Shown here: positions 11,416 through 22,662 of the stretch, one piece after another
Numbering within the stretch: position 1 is the first letter of the stretch
How the letters are laid out: the number at the start of each line of letters is the position of its first letter
NCBI GenBank assembly: GCA_001275005.1
Contig: JWZX01003128.1
Span: 1-40,656, forward strand
DNA length: 40,656 nt
Reading direction: 5' to 3'
Origin: Chrysochromulina tobinii
Taxonomy: Eukaryota
Translations under genes and position numbers: made by a program
The notes under the pieces: model-generated
The model's input: the letters and a program-made list of their open reading frames with translations, nothing else
Told to the model about the DNA's origin: nothing
Database searches by the model: none

Positions 11416-12066
11416 ATGGTCTTGGCCTCTGCGGCCCTATCGGCACGCTCTCAAACCGGCCGCAGAGACGTGCAGCCGAAGATCACGCTGTACACGCACA
11501 CAGCGTGCCCTTTTGCGCAGCGTGTGTGGATAGCGCTCGAGGCTTCAAGAATTCCGTTTGAGAAAGTGGATGTGAACTTATATGGTTCGGGTGGCTTCGA
11601 TAAAGCTCGGCTGAAGGAGGTCGAAGAGGCGGGTGGCCTCTCACCCAAGGGTTACATCCCGGTCATGCGAATTGACGATGAGGTCATCCGCGAGTCCAGC
11701 GTGCTCGTTGAGCGCATCGCCGACCTGAGCGAGGAGCTTTCTGGTGCAATCTCCCTGACTCCGGAAAACGCTGAGGCAGCCCAGGCGCTGGTGCAGCTCT
11801 GCAACACGCTGCCCAAGTGTGAACGCTCGCGTGAACTCGATGTGCTCCTGCACAAGGCGAATGAGGCCATTGCCGCCTCAGGCGGAGAAGGGTTTCTTGC
11901 CGGCATGACCTTTTCAACCGCGGATGCGTGCCTCCTGCCCTTCTTGCAGCGCGTGGAGGACAGTATTCCGGGCGATGCTACACATTTGCGAGCTTACATG
12001 GAGCGCGCTCACAAGCAGACCGCATTCGCGAAAACGGTCGTCGCCAACACCTGGTGGTGGTGGTGA
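11416..12066 (+). CDS. Soluble glutathione S-transferase, Cys-type (omega/lambda/DHAR-like); start could be 11332
   Basis: Active-site CPFAQR, cis-Pro loop GYIPV, RES motif, C-terminal FSTADACLLPFLQR. Confidence 0.85.
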   Translation: MVLASAALSARSQTGRRDVQPKITLYTHTACPFAQRVWIALEASRIPFEKVDVNLYGSGGFDKARLKEVEEAGGLSPKGYIPVMRIDDEVIRESSVLVERIADLSEELSGAISLTPENAEAAQALVQLCNTLPKCERSRELDVLLHKANEAIAASGGEGFLAGMTFSTADACLLPFLQRVEDSIPGDATHLRAYMERAHKQTAFAKTVVANTWWWW

Positions 12067-12082
12067 CCTCGAAACTGGTGAC

Positions 12083-13455
12083 CTACGTGAGCGAATATGT
12101 GAATCCGTGTCCCGGCTCCCTGCCGCGCGAAGCCCGCAGTCGCCGTTCGCAAGCCGCGCAGGCCTGCTGCAGCATCCGCGGCACAAAGGCGCTCGCTGGC
12201 ACGCCGTGGTAAGGGTCGCCCTCGCTCCCTCCGTGGCCGTCGGCATCGGCTTGACGAAAGCCTCGGGCCTGGATCCCCATGAGGAGGGGCGTCGTCTCGA
12301 GCACTCCGATGCCGTGCTGGCGGGCGAGCGCACCCGAGATCAGGTTGATCCAGTCGTGGAAGCCTCCAACGATGGACGGGTGGTGGGGTCCCGTCCCGTT
12401 ATGCTGAGCGGTGATCTGCATTGGACGCCAGAGCACGCACACTTTAGAGGGCATCGATGCCGGCGCAAAGAAGCGAAACAGCGCGGCTGTCTGGTTCACA
12501 TAGTCGTCGATCCAGTGCTGTGGGAAGACAGTCCCTTTGGGTACCTTGTTCGAGAGTCCTCGTGGGTAGTCTGCGTGTGATGAGCGCGTGATGAGCGTGG
12601 AATGAGCGTGACGTTAAGTGACGAGCGTGTGCAGATGCGGCTGTGATGCGGGCTTATAGATGCGGGCGCTCACAGACACTCAGCGTGAGGCACTTCGCAC
12701 AGAGGCACTCACGGAGAGGCTCAAATCAGGCTCGAATCAGCCAGCAACCAGCAAGCAACCAGCCCACAACAAATCAGCATCACTCTGATCTCTGTGTGTG
12801 TGCATGTACCTGCAAAGCGTGTAAAGTGGGCGACACCGCCGCCGAGGATGAGGATCGTGGGCCGAGCGGCCGAACGCCGCTCGACCAGGGCGCGCAAGCT
12901 GGAGTCGTGCCGCTGACTGAACATATCCGTCTTCCATCGAAAATCGAGTGTGCTCGTCGCAAAGTACGTCGCGTTGAGCTCTCGGTTGACTGCCGACGCA
13001 TCGGGCCCAATCAAGCCCTCACATTCGGCGTGGTACGGCTGCTCGGTGTATAGATCCTGCTTGCACGTGGCCGTGAATCGAAAATTGCTCGACTTGCGCG
13101 AGCAGTGCTTGAAGCGCGAGACGAGCCGCAGCCCCCGGTGACAGCAGCGCAACGCCGACATGAGCCACTCGAGGAGTTCGATCGTCTCCGAGTTGCCCAC
13201 AAAGATGGCGCTCGTGCCGTTGAGGCACCGTGCATGCTCAGTGATTGTTGCGGTCCGAGCCGCCGACTTTGGGTGGCAGGATGTGCGATTCTCGCTCACC
13301 ATCCATGGATTCAAAACTTTGAAAAGGAAACGAGCCAAGGAGCGAGCCCGACAACGGGAGGAGCCGCAAGTGATCGGCTCACACAATCCCCGAGGGTTGC
13401 GTGAGAACACCCGAGAGTTGCTTGCATGCATTTGCGTCTGAGTTTCTTGCAGCAC
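12083..13455 (-). CDS. Hypothetical protein, probable SGNH/PC-esterase-like fold; intron 12571-12809; start uncertain
   Basis: GTACAT...CGCAG intron joins HFTRFA to DYPRGL and continues into ORF 12083-12499. Motifs IFVGNS, ILILGGGVAH, VLWRPM and DPYH. Confidence 0.55.
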
Positions 13456-13609
13456 ACTGTGTGCATATCCTCATAACATAACGCCTCGGCTGAGGTCATG
13501 TGTGAACTGCACGTGTGAACTAAAGTTCATCAGCCCGGAGGAACGTGCCGCGAACCTTTTTTGCCGCGATTGCGCGCATCGACGGCGCGCCCACTTCGCC
13601 CCACGGAAC

Positions 13610-15223
13610 ATGTCACTCCCACCTGCGGCACCTGTGCCTCCATCGCCGCTGCCCGACAACCTCGCCACACGCAACTTCCCCTCCGCGGGCGCGGATGCCG
13701 AAGAGAGCTTTGACGCTGCCCTCGACGAGTACGTCAAGTTGAAGCCGCACTTGCAGCACGGATACGATCTCCTGACCGACAGGCTCGCCGCACTTTCGAC
13801 TGATGAGAAGAGGGCCGTGTACGACACATTTGCCGAGCTCAAAGCGCACAACTCACAGCATCCGCTCGGGGGTCCACAGCACCTCGAACAGAAGTTCTGC
13901 ACGTTGCTCTTCGGCGCGAGTCCATCGACCCAGGAGGCGGAGGCACTCGCCTTTGCGAAGGGTGCTTGCAAGGAGAGCACGCTCGCCCAGAGCGAAGAGG
14001 CGGCAAAGGAGCGAGTTCTCGACGCAGCCGCAAAGGAGGAGGCGCATGAGGAGGCGCTGTGCACCATCTGTTTCGACGTGCCGCGGAACGTGCGCTTCCG
14101 ACCATGCCATCACTCGACCATGTGCGACGGCTGCGTGCTGAAGTTGATCGCCCGGTCGGAAAACCGCAAGCTCATCTGCCTGACGTGCCGCACGCCGGTC
14201 GAGCGCCTGTGCCGCGAAGGTAGCGCTGACGTGGACGGCGCTGGGTCAGCAGTTACAGATTCAGCCGATGGCGCGCCGTTGAAGCCCGTACGCAAGCCAA
14301 CCTTCGAGCCGCCGCGTGAACTGCCGTTGAAGCCCATTCGCAGGCCAACGTTCGAGCCGCCGCAAGAATTGCCGTTGAAGCCAGTTCGCATGGCAACGTT
14401 TGATCAATCGTCAACCGTAGACGGCCTGCCCGTCGACGCGTTCATCACGTCGCTCAAGAGCATCCCGACCCTGCGCGAAGATGCAGAAAAGGCTGATGAG
14501 GCGTGGAATGTGGAAGTCGACCTCACCGAAGCGGTATGCGAAGACGACCTCTGATGACCTCTGATGACCTCTGATGACCACTGATGACCTCTGATGAGGC
14601 GTGGAACGTGGAAGTCGACCTCACCGAAGCGGTGTGCGAAGACGATCTCGAGGAGGCGAGATTTGGAGTGCCTGTGGAGTGCGACTGATGAGCCGTGATT
14701 GCCTCCCGATATGGCAGGTTGCGCGATGACGATCTTGAGGAGGCGAGAGCGCTGCGTGCCCGTGGCGCGTCCGTCACAAGCCCTAATGAGGAAGGCGAGC
14801 TGCCGTTGGTGCTCGCGTGCATAAATGGGAATCTCGAGATGGCGAGATGGCTCCGCTCCGAAGGCGCAGATGTGAGTGCCACTGACGAACCTCTGAGTGC
14901 CACTGACGAACCTCTGAGATGGCTCCGCACCGAAGACGCAGCTGTGAGCGCCACTGACGCCGAAGGCAACTGCCCCGCGCATGCTGCATGCATGTGCTCA
15001 CCACGGCGCTCGCTCTTCCCCACAGGTGAACGCCACCGATGCTGAAGGAAACTGCCCCGCGCATGCTGCATGCATGGCGGTTTCGTTGCCGTTATGCGAG
15101 TGGCTCAAGGCGGAAGGCGCGCGCTTTGACACAGTCGACTCATTCGGAGTCGGCTCGCTGCTCATGGCCATCGAGGGGCAATACGCTGATGAGGATGATG
15201 ATGATGACGACGAGGACGAGGAC

Positions 15224-15255
<32 letters not shown>

Positions 15256-18200
15256 GGACGAGGACGACGATGACGAGGACGACGACGAGGAGGACGTGGA
15301 CGAGAATGCACAGAATGGTGAAGGTATTCGGAACGAGGTAGCAGAGGACGATGAGGAGTTGCCTAATATGGACGATGATGCGATTGAGGCGAGGCGATTG
15401 AGGCGCGAGGCGCTGGCCGAGGCGACGGAGGCGAGGCGGGCTGCCCATGCGCGCCGTCTCGAGCGGCGCACCGCTCTCGAGGAATCCAAGCTTGCGCTCT
15501 GCCGCTGGCTCCTCGCCGAGGGAGTGCGTGTGAATGGTCGGGAGGGGGGTGTGAATGGTCAGGATGGGGGTGTGAATGATCAGGATGGGCAGTCTGCCAG
15601 ACAGCAGGAGAGCAACGGGAGCGTGGAGGGGCCTCGAGCGGTCAGCCGCTCGGGCCCTGACGACGGTTTGACGCCGTTGCACATGGCATGCGGGATGGGC
15701 TTTGTGCGCATGGCACAGGTGAGATGCGCACATGGCATCTGGGGGCATCTGATGGCATCTGAAGCACGTCGATGGCACGTGATGACATCTGATTGCGTCT
15801 GATTGCGTCTGAGTGCCTGCTCCTCGTGATGGCATCTGATTGCATATGATGGCATCTGATTGCATATGATTGCGTCTGAGTGCCTGCTCCTCGATCCAAC
15901 CCTGCCCCCAGCTGCTGCATGCAAGTGCTCACCACGGCGCCCGCTCTTCCCACAGCTGCTGCATGAGCATGGCGCTCCTCTCGATGCGATCGCGGAGGGC
16001 GATGGAGGCGCGACGCCCTTCCTAACAGCGTGTTCCAACGGCAAGCTCGAGATTCTGATCTGGCTCAAGCAGGCCGGCGCGAATCTCAAGGCGACGGGCG
16101 ACGAAGGGCAGGATGGTCTCTCGATTGCCGCGCGCGAAGGCTACCTCAAGGTGGTCAAGTGGCTGCATGAGGTGAGTGCCAATGAGTGCATACGAGTGCG
16201 GCTGATGGCGCTCTGATTACGCTCCGGTTGCGTCTCCGATTGCATGCAGGGGCTGATTGCGCTCTGATTACGCTCCGGTTGCGTCACCGATTGCATGCAG
16301 GAGGGAGGCCTCGATCTTGAGCTCACTGATTGCCGCTGATTGCATGCTGGAGGGAGGCCTCGATCTCGAGCTCACTGATTGCCGCTGATTGCATGCAGGA
16401 GGGAGGCCTCGATCTCGAGCTCACTGATTGCCGCTGATTGCATGCAGGAGGGAGGCCTCGATCTCGAGCACAAGGATGAGGACGGCCAGACTGCCGTGCA
16501 TGCGGCCGCTAGCGAGGGTGAAGTGAAGGTCCTCGAGTACTTGCATGCTCATGGCGCTTCCCTCACCCGCCCTGACGAGGACGGCGACACCCCCGTCCAC
16601 TTTGCATGCTCCAACGGTCAGCTGGAGGCGGCGAAGTGGCTGGTGGCGCACGGCGCGAGCCTGGTGGCGAGGAATGCGGCGGGGTACGCGCCACTGACTG
16701 CCTCTGATTGCCTCAGATTGCCACTGACTGCAATCAGAGGAATGCGGCGGGGTACGCGCCGGTCCATCTGATGCTCCTTGATGAGCACAGATGGCCTCGC
16801 TGATGACCTCTGATTGCCTCCCTCCTCAGGTACGCGCCGGTCCATCTGGTGCTCCTCGCGGATAGCGTCGAGAATGCCGCCTTGGATGGGATCGGCGACG
16901 ACGACGAGAGCGACGACGAAGACAGTGATGAGGATGATGACGACGATGAGGAGGAGGGGAGTGGCTCGGAGCAGCGCGCGCATCGTGCGCGCATGCGGCG
17001 CCTGACAGAGCTGATGCCTATGCTCGCATGGCTCTGTGAGCAGCCCGGTGTGAACGAGCTCACGTGCCGCCGCCAGCCCCCTCCTCCTCCTGGAGGCTGG
17101 CGGCTGATCCGCCGCCTGGCCGCTCTGGGCGAAGAGGCGCAGGCGGCTCGTTCACACCGGGGAGGCGATTCGTTCACACCGCGGGAGGCGCACGCGGCTC
17201 GTGATGCGGATGCGATGATGGCGGAGGTCACTCGCCTGGTCAGCTCCGCCATTGCCACCGCGGTAGCAGAGGGGGGAGAGGGGGAGGGGCTAGCCGACGC
17301 GATGGCCACGCTCAACATGAACAAGGGTACGCTCGAGGCGAGATTCGATGACGAGACTCTCGATGACGAAACTCTCAATACGCTCGAGGCGCAATTCGAT
17401 TAGCACTTGGAGCGCGCCGTGGCGCAAGGCAGGCTGAGTGAGGCCGAGGCCGATGCGATGACGGATCAGATCGCCTCCAAGCCTAACAACGCCGCGCGGT
17501 GCGAGGCGATGCGCCGAATCATAAAGGGGGAGATTGGGGAGATTGGGTTGAAGGGCGGGCAGGGGGGGGGCGAGGACGAGCCGAACCGGAGCGAGGGCGA
17601 CGCCCGGGATGACGACGGTGCCCGGCACGGCGCGCCCGAGCTTACGCTGCTCCAGTTTATGGAGGAGATTGACCGGGATCGTGCAGAGCATGCCAGCAAA
17701 GCGCCCGAGACGGCGCCCAATTGGTTCGGCCTCAACCGCCGCCGACCGCCGCCGCCGCCGCAGCAGCAGCAGCAGCAGCAGCAGCAGCCGCCGCAGCAGC
17801 CGCCGCCGCAGCCGCCGCAGCAGGCTGTGCTCGCCAAAGGCCCTTCGCCATTTGCGCGCCTTTTGCGTCTGGAGCCATCGGAGCGCGGGAAAGTCGTCGA
17901 CGCGCTCTCGTCACTGCCCACATGGGGTGGTGGCAACATAGAAGGTTTGACACTCGTCGCCGGCCGTTGGGAGCCGAGCTCGTTTAGCGGTGAGACGCTC
18001 GACGTGGCACTCTTCAACTCCGAGGTGCAATCGAAGACCTTGGTCGACTGATGACCTCTGATGATCCTTAATGACCCTTGATTGCGTCCCCCATCAGGTG
18101 CAATCGAAGACCTCGGTCGCGATGCTTCGCGTGCTCGATGATGACCTCCGATGATCCTTAATGACCCTTGATTGCATCCCCCATCAGGTGCAATCGAAGA

Positions 18201-19306
18201 CCTCGGTCGCGATGCTTCGCGTGCTCGATGATGACCTCTGATGATCCTTAATGACCCTTGATTGCGTCCCCCATCAGGTGCAATCGAAGACCTCGGTCGC
18301 GATGCTTCGCGTGCTCGAGGGCCACGCCGACGGCGTGTGCGCCGTGTCGAGCTGCACCGTCGGCGGGCGCGTGCTCGTGCTGAGCGGCTCGTATGACCAC
18401 ACGGTCAAGATGTGGGACGCGGCGGATGGAACGGAGCTCCGCGAGCTCGAGGGGCACACGGACGCTGTGCTTACCGTGGCGAGCTGCACCGTCGACGGGC
18501 GCGTGGTCGTGCTGAGCGGCTCGGTTGACCAGAAGGTGAAGATGTGGGACGCGGCGGACGGTACGGAGCTCCGCGTGTTCGAGGGGCACACGGACATCGT
18601 GTACGCCGTGACGAGCTGCACCGTCGACGGGCGCGTGGTCGTGCTCAGCGGCTCGGCCGACAAAACGGTGCGCATGTGGGACGCGGCGGACGGCAGGCAG
18701 CTTCGGGTGCTCGAGGGGCACACGGACGACGTCTTCGCCGTGACGAGCTGCACCGTAGAAGGGCGCGTGGTCGTGCTGAGCGGCTCGGAGGACCGCACGG
18801 TGCGAATGTGGGATGCGACGGACGGGACGGAGCTCAGAGTGTTCGAGGGGCACACGGACGCCGTATACTCCGTGGCGAGCTGCAACGTCGACGGGCGCGT
18901 GGTCGTGCTGAGCGGCTCGGTTGACAAGACGGTGCGTCTGTGGGACGCGGCGGACGGCAGGCAGCTTCGGGTGCTCGAGGGGCACACGGATGATGTGTGC
19001 GCCGTGACGAGCTGCTCTCTCGACGGGCGCGTGCTCGTGCTCAGTGCCTCGGACGACCGCACAGTACGCATGTGGGATGCGACGGAGGGGAGGTGTGAAG
19101 AGGGAGGTGTGAAGAGGGATGCGACGGATGGGACGGAGCTCAGCGTGCTCTGGGGACACCTACGCGACGTGAACGCCGTGGCGAGCTGCACCGTCGACGG
19201 GCGCACGCTCGTGCTAAGTGGTTCGTGGGACCACACGGTACGCATGTGGGACGTGGGACGCGCCGTCAACGTGGCGGCGGCGGCCGCCGTTGCCGCCGCC
19301 GAGTAG
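13610..19306 (+). CDS. Large multi-exon protein: RING finger, ankyrin repeats, acidic tracts, poly-P/Q and seven WD40 repeats
   Basis: RING CTIC...CHH...CDGC...CLTC; ankyrin motifs GELPLVLAC, GLTPLHMAC, GATPFLTAC, GQTAVHAA, GDTPVHFAC; GH...WD repeats. In-frame introns 14872-15025, 15719-15955, 16172-16447, 16684-16829 and 18025-18277. Less certain GC-donor introns ~14501-14598, 14656-14742 and 17338-17403. Could be two genes split at TAG 17401. Confidence 0.7.
14276..14400 (+). repeat. Coding 48-nt tandem repeat, about 2.6 copies (PLKPxRxPTFE)
   Basis: CCGTTGAAGCC recurs at 14276, 14324 and 14372. Confidence 0.9.
18050..18318 (+). repeat. Three near-identical 90-nt units, each comprising an intron 3' end plus the first ~40 nt of the next exon
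   Basis: CCCCATCAG|GTGCAATCGAAGACCTCGGTCGCGATGCTTCGCGTGCTCGA with acceptors at 18097, 18187 and 18277. Confidence 0.95.
18317..19262 (+). repeat. Seven highly similar WD40-coding repeats with 132-nt period
   Basis: xGH codon groups start at 18317, 18449, 18581, 18713, 18845, 18977 and 19151 (last interval is 132+42). Confidence 0.95.
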
Positions 19307-19800
19307 GGCGCGTGCTCGGCACAGCGCCGAAGGCGGCCGCCGAGTAGGGCGCGTGCTCGGCACAGCGCCTGGACACGGAGCCATGGCCGAGTGCGGCGGC
19401 GCAGACGATGGCCGAGCGTCAAGCCGAGCGTCAGCCGAGCGGGGGCTTGAGCTCGAGAGATTCCGCCCAGTGCTAAAAGACGCATATTCGCAGATGCAGA
19501 GACGAGAGAGCGGGCGTGCAGAGAGACTCATGGTTGACAGTTCGATGGTACCTACGGGCGTGTAGAATCGACATGTGGAAATCGAGCGTGGGGTTTGAGG
19601 CTGTCCGAGCGGAGACAATTGCGATATTGCGTTGCGTCCAATATCGGCGGTCGATTCCGCTCGGCGGTCACGATGCATTACGTTATATGGTATATCATTC
19701 GGACATCGGAGTGTATATCCGTACCGGAAGAGTGAAGTTGTAGACGGACGGTATACAAACGGAACCCGTGTCAAACGGAAATGACCTCACACACTCTCGT

Positions 19801-22397
19801 CTAGCTGCACAAGCGGCCGCAGCGTGGCTTGTACGCGTCGTACGCCTCCAAGGCCGCGGGGCGTACGTACTCGCTCACCACGGCGCTCTGGTCATCCGAA
19901 TCCGAGGCACGAGCGCCGTTTTGAGCAGCGGCTTGAGCGCCGTCACGAGCACCGCCCGCCTCGGGCGCTGTCACGGGCATGCCGACGAGGCAGTAGCGCC
20001 GCTCGTTGGCATGCAGGTGGACTTGGCAGTCCAACGGCCCGAGCAACGAGGTATAGTTGAGGATAGACGGGCCGAGGGCTCCCTTAATCACGCCCGCTCG
20101 GTGCCCCACAACGGTCGAGAGCAGCTGACGTGGCGTTGGTGCGTGCTCGTTGAAGACGGCGCACAGCGATCGCTCCCTGGCAATCAGTGGCAATCAGTGG
20201 CAATCAGTGGCAATCAGTGGCAATCAGTGGCAATCAGGCTCGTTGAAGACGGCGCACAGCGATCGCTCCCTGGCATGGGAGCACGAGCTCATGCCCCTTT
20301 CAAGACTGGCAATCAAGGGCAATCAAGGGAGATCAAGAGCAATCAAGGGCCTTCAAGGGCAATCAAGGGCAATCAAGGGAGATCGCACCTGGCATGGAGC
20401 ACGTGTGCACGTCCCTTCAAGACTGGGGTGATACGCGGCTTGCGACCGCCATCGCCGCTGCTTTTACTGCCGCCGCCGCCGCCGCCGTCGCCGCTGCTGC
20501 TGCTCACTATGTTTTGGAACGCGGCGCCATACGATGGATGGATCTTTCCAACTCGGAGGGAGCCATCGAGGCCCCTCGAGATGCGATCTCCCACCGAGAT
20601 GCGATCTCCCTTCGGCAGCTCGTCCAGCGCGAGCTTCTCGGCGAGATGGGCGCGCAGCTCGGCGAGGTGAAGTGTCTTCTGATCGTCGGCACCCACACCC
20701 TGCGGCCAGCAGAGGCATACAGCGGCCTTCAGCGGTCAGCTGTCGTCAGCAGTCAACTGTGGCAACCAGCGATCCTCCGAGCTCCTCCGAGCTCCTCCGA
20801 GCTCCTCCGAGCTCCTCCGAGCTCCTCCGAGCTCCTCCGAGCTCCTCCGAGCTCCTCCGAGACCCTTCTCCGAGCTCCTCCGAGCTCCTTCTCCGAGCTC
20901 CTTCTCCGAGCTCCTCCGAGCTCCTCCGAGACCCTTCTCCGAGCTCCTCCGAGCTCCTCCGAGCTCCTCCGAGCTCCTCCGAGCTCCTTCTCCGAGCTCC
21001 TCCGAGATCCTTCTCCGAGCTTCTCCGAGCTCCTCCTTCTCCAAGGCAATCACAGGGCACACCTGGCGCATCGAGAGCAGCAGCCAGTCGCGCATGAGCG
21101 CTGCGCTGGGCGCGGACCATCGCACAACCAAGTTGAAGTTGTGAGGGTACATCGTCTCCGTCAACACGTTCTGGGAGGCATGCGCGATATGCAAGCCCCA
21201 CAGCTGGCTACGAAGGGCGGCGTCGAGGAACTTCGACGCAGCACCCGGCGTGCAGCTCACCTGCCATCAGACGCAAGCAGAAGCCATCAGCAGCTGGATT
21301 GCGCTTGATTGCGATGGATTACTCTTGATCGCAGAGGCCATCAGCAGCTCGCCACGTTCGAGTCGAGCGCCCAGGTGAGTGCAATCAAGAGCAATCAAAC
21401 GCACTCCACTGCAATCAAGAGCAATCCATTGCAATCCATTGCAATCAAGCGCACTCCAGTGCAATCAAGAGCAATCCATGCAGCTCACCACGTTCGAGTC
21501 GAGCGCCCACGTGATATGATATGGAGATTGGGCGAGATAGTAGAGGCGCGTGAGCCACTGCCGAGGGACCTTGTCGCTCCGGTTCTGATCGTTCTCGCCC
21601 GCAAAGAGAAGGTCGGCGCGTGGCATGATGTGCGTCGTGAAGATGCGCCGATCGACCGTCTCATTGTTCGTGACGATAGCGATGGGCAAGGTGGGGTTGT
21701 GCTCGCGGAATGAGGCGGCAGCGTACTGCGCCTCGCGCACGAAGTGCTGCAGCGTCTTGCGCCCGCCGTACGCGAAGAGCAGCAGCCCGGCGCCCGACTT
21801 GGCCGACTCGCCCTCGACCGCCCACGACAGCGGTGTGACACGGCGAGGTCGGTGCACCGGGAGCGCCGTGTCGGGGTCTGTCACCTCGGCGCTGCTGCTG
21901 CGGAGGCTCTTGCGCATGGTTGTAATGATGGTACGCTGCGCGTCGATGATTTTTTGCTGCATCTCCACCACGGCCAAGCTGTGCCCCAGTGTCCGACGCT
22001 GTGCGTCCGCGGTCTCCAGCTGCTTCTGACGCGCAGTGATGCTCGAGGACAAGTTGCTCTCCATCGTGGGAAGCTCCTTTTGCAACTCCTCATCATCTGA
22101 GTCGAGATTGCGCAGCCAGCTCCGCAGCGCCGTTCTCGCACGCAAGACCTCCTCTCGCACAGCACCGCGCAATAGCACCATCGACGGCGTGTCTGCGGCC
22201 TCCACGGCGCCATCTCGCACATCGCCTCGTCGGCGGGCCGACGCCACAGCTGCCGCAATCGATTCACCGCTGTACGGGACGGCTGCGATGCGGGGCGGCA
22301 GACCACTCGAGTCCTGCAGCTGCGCGTTCATGAGCACGACGAACATCACGGCGACGCACAGCAGCGCGATGAAGGCTTTTCGCATCGTGTCCGTCAT
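19801..22397 (-). CDS. Type II membrane GT-A-fold glycosyltransferase-like protein; introns 21261-21488, 20700-21062, 20177-20388
   Basis: N-terminal TM and coiled-coil stem. SPYHITWALDSN resembles the SPF..TLFLDxD motif of nucleotide-diphospho-sugar transferases, followed by a DDQ motif. All three GT-AG introns restore frame. Confidence 0.65.
20773..21036 (-). repeat. Intronic 10-nt array (GCTCCTCCGA)n with CTT insertions
   Basis: About 260 nt of decamer-based repeat within intron 20700-21062. Confidence 0.95.
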
Positions 22398-22662
22398 CAA
22401 AACTCTTCGAGTTCACACACCGAAGTGTGCATGAACTCATCGTTTTCATGTACCAAAATTACATCTCAAGGTGGGGCCAGAAGGCCGTCTTGACTCTTGA
22501 GCGCGACTCAACTTTCACTCCATGTACTCCATGTATTTGGTGGTGAGGTGGTTGCCCCGCCCCCACCTTCTGCCGATTTACGGCCAGTATATAGATAGCT
22601 GGTTGTGTCGGCCACACCTCCGCCCGTACATGTACCCTTGTGTTTGTCTTTGAATTGCGCAG

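Noticed and set aside
14998..15489. Poly-Ser ORF and the many other long antisense or alternate-frame ORFs in the track
   Set aside because: Shadows of real genes in GC-rich DNA; this one is the reverse complement of the Asp/Glu tract.
17401..17403. Stop-codon readthrough or recoding
   Set aside because: Other genes here end in TAG normally, and a GC-AG intron explains the stop.
18050..18318. Regularly spaced repeats here and at 16290-16469 and 23625-23820 as a CRISPR array
   Set aside because: Units are tandem with no unique spacers, overlap splice sites and exon starts, and no cas genes are present in this eukaryotic context.
20394..21308. ORFs with LRAPPSSSEL or ARRSSEELGG repeats as repeat proteins
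   Set aside because: They are translations of the stop-free intronic decamer array; splicing 20700-21062 gives a coherent protein on the minus strand.
4842..22397. Polysaccharide-modification gene cluster (three SGNH proteins, methyltransferase, glycosyltransferase)
   Set aside because: These families are large in algae, the genes are interspersed with unrelated ones, and no substrate link is visible.
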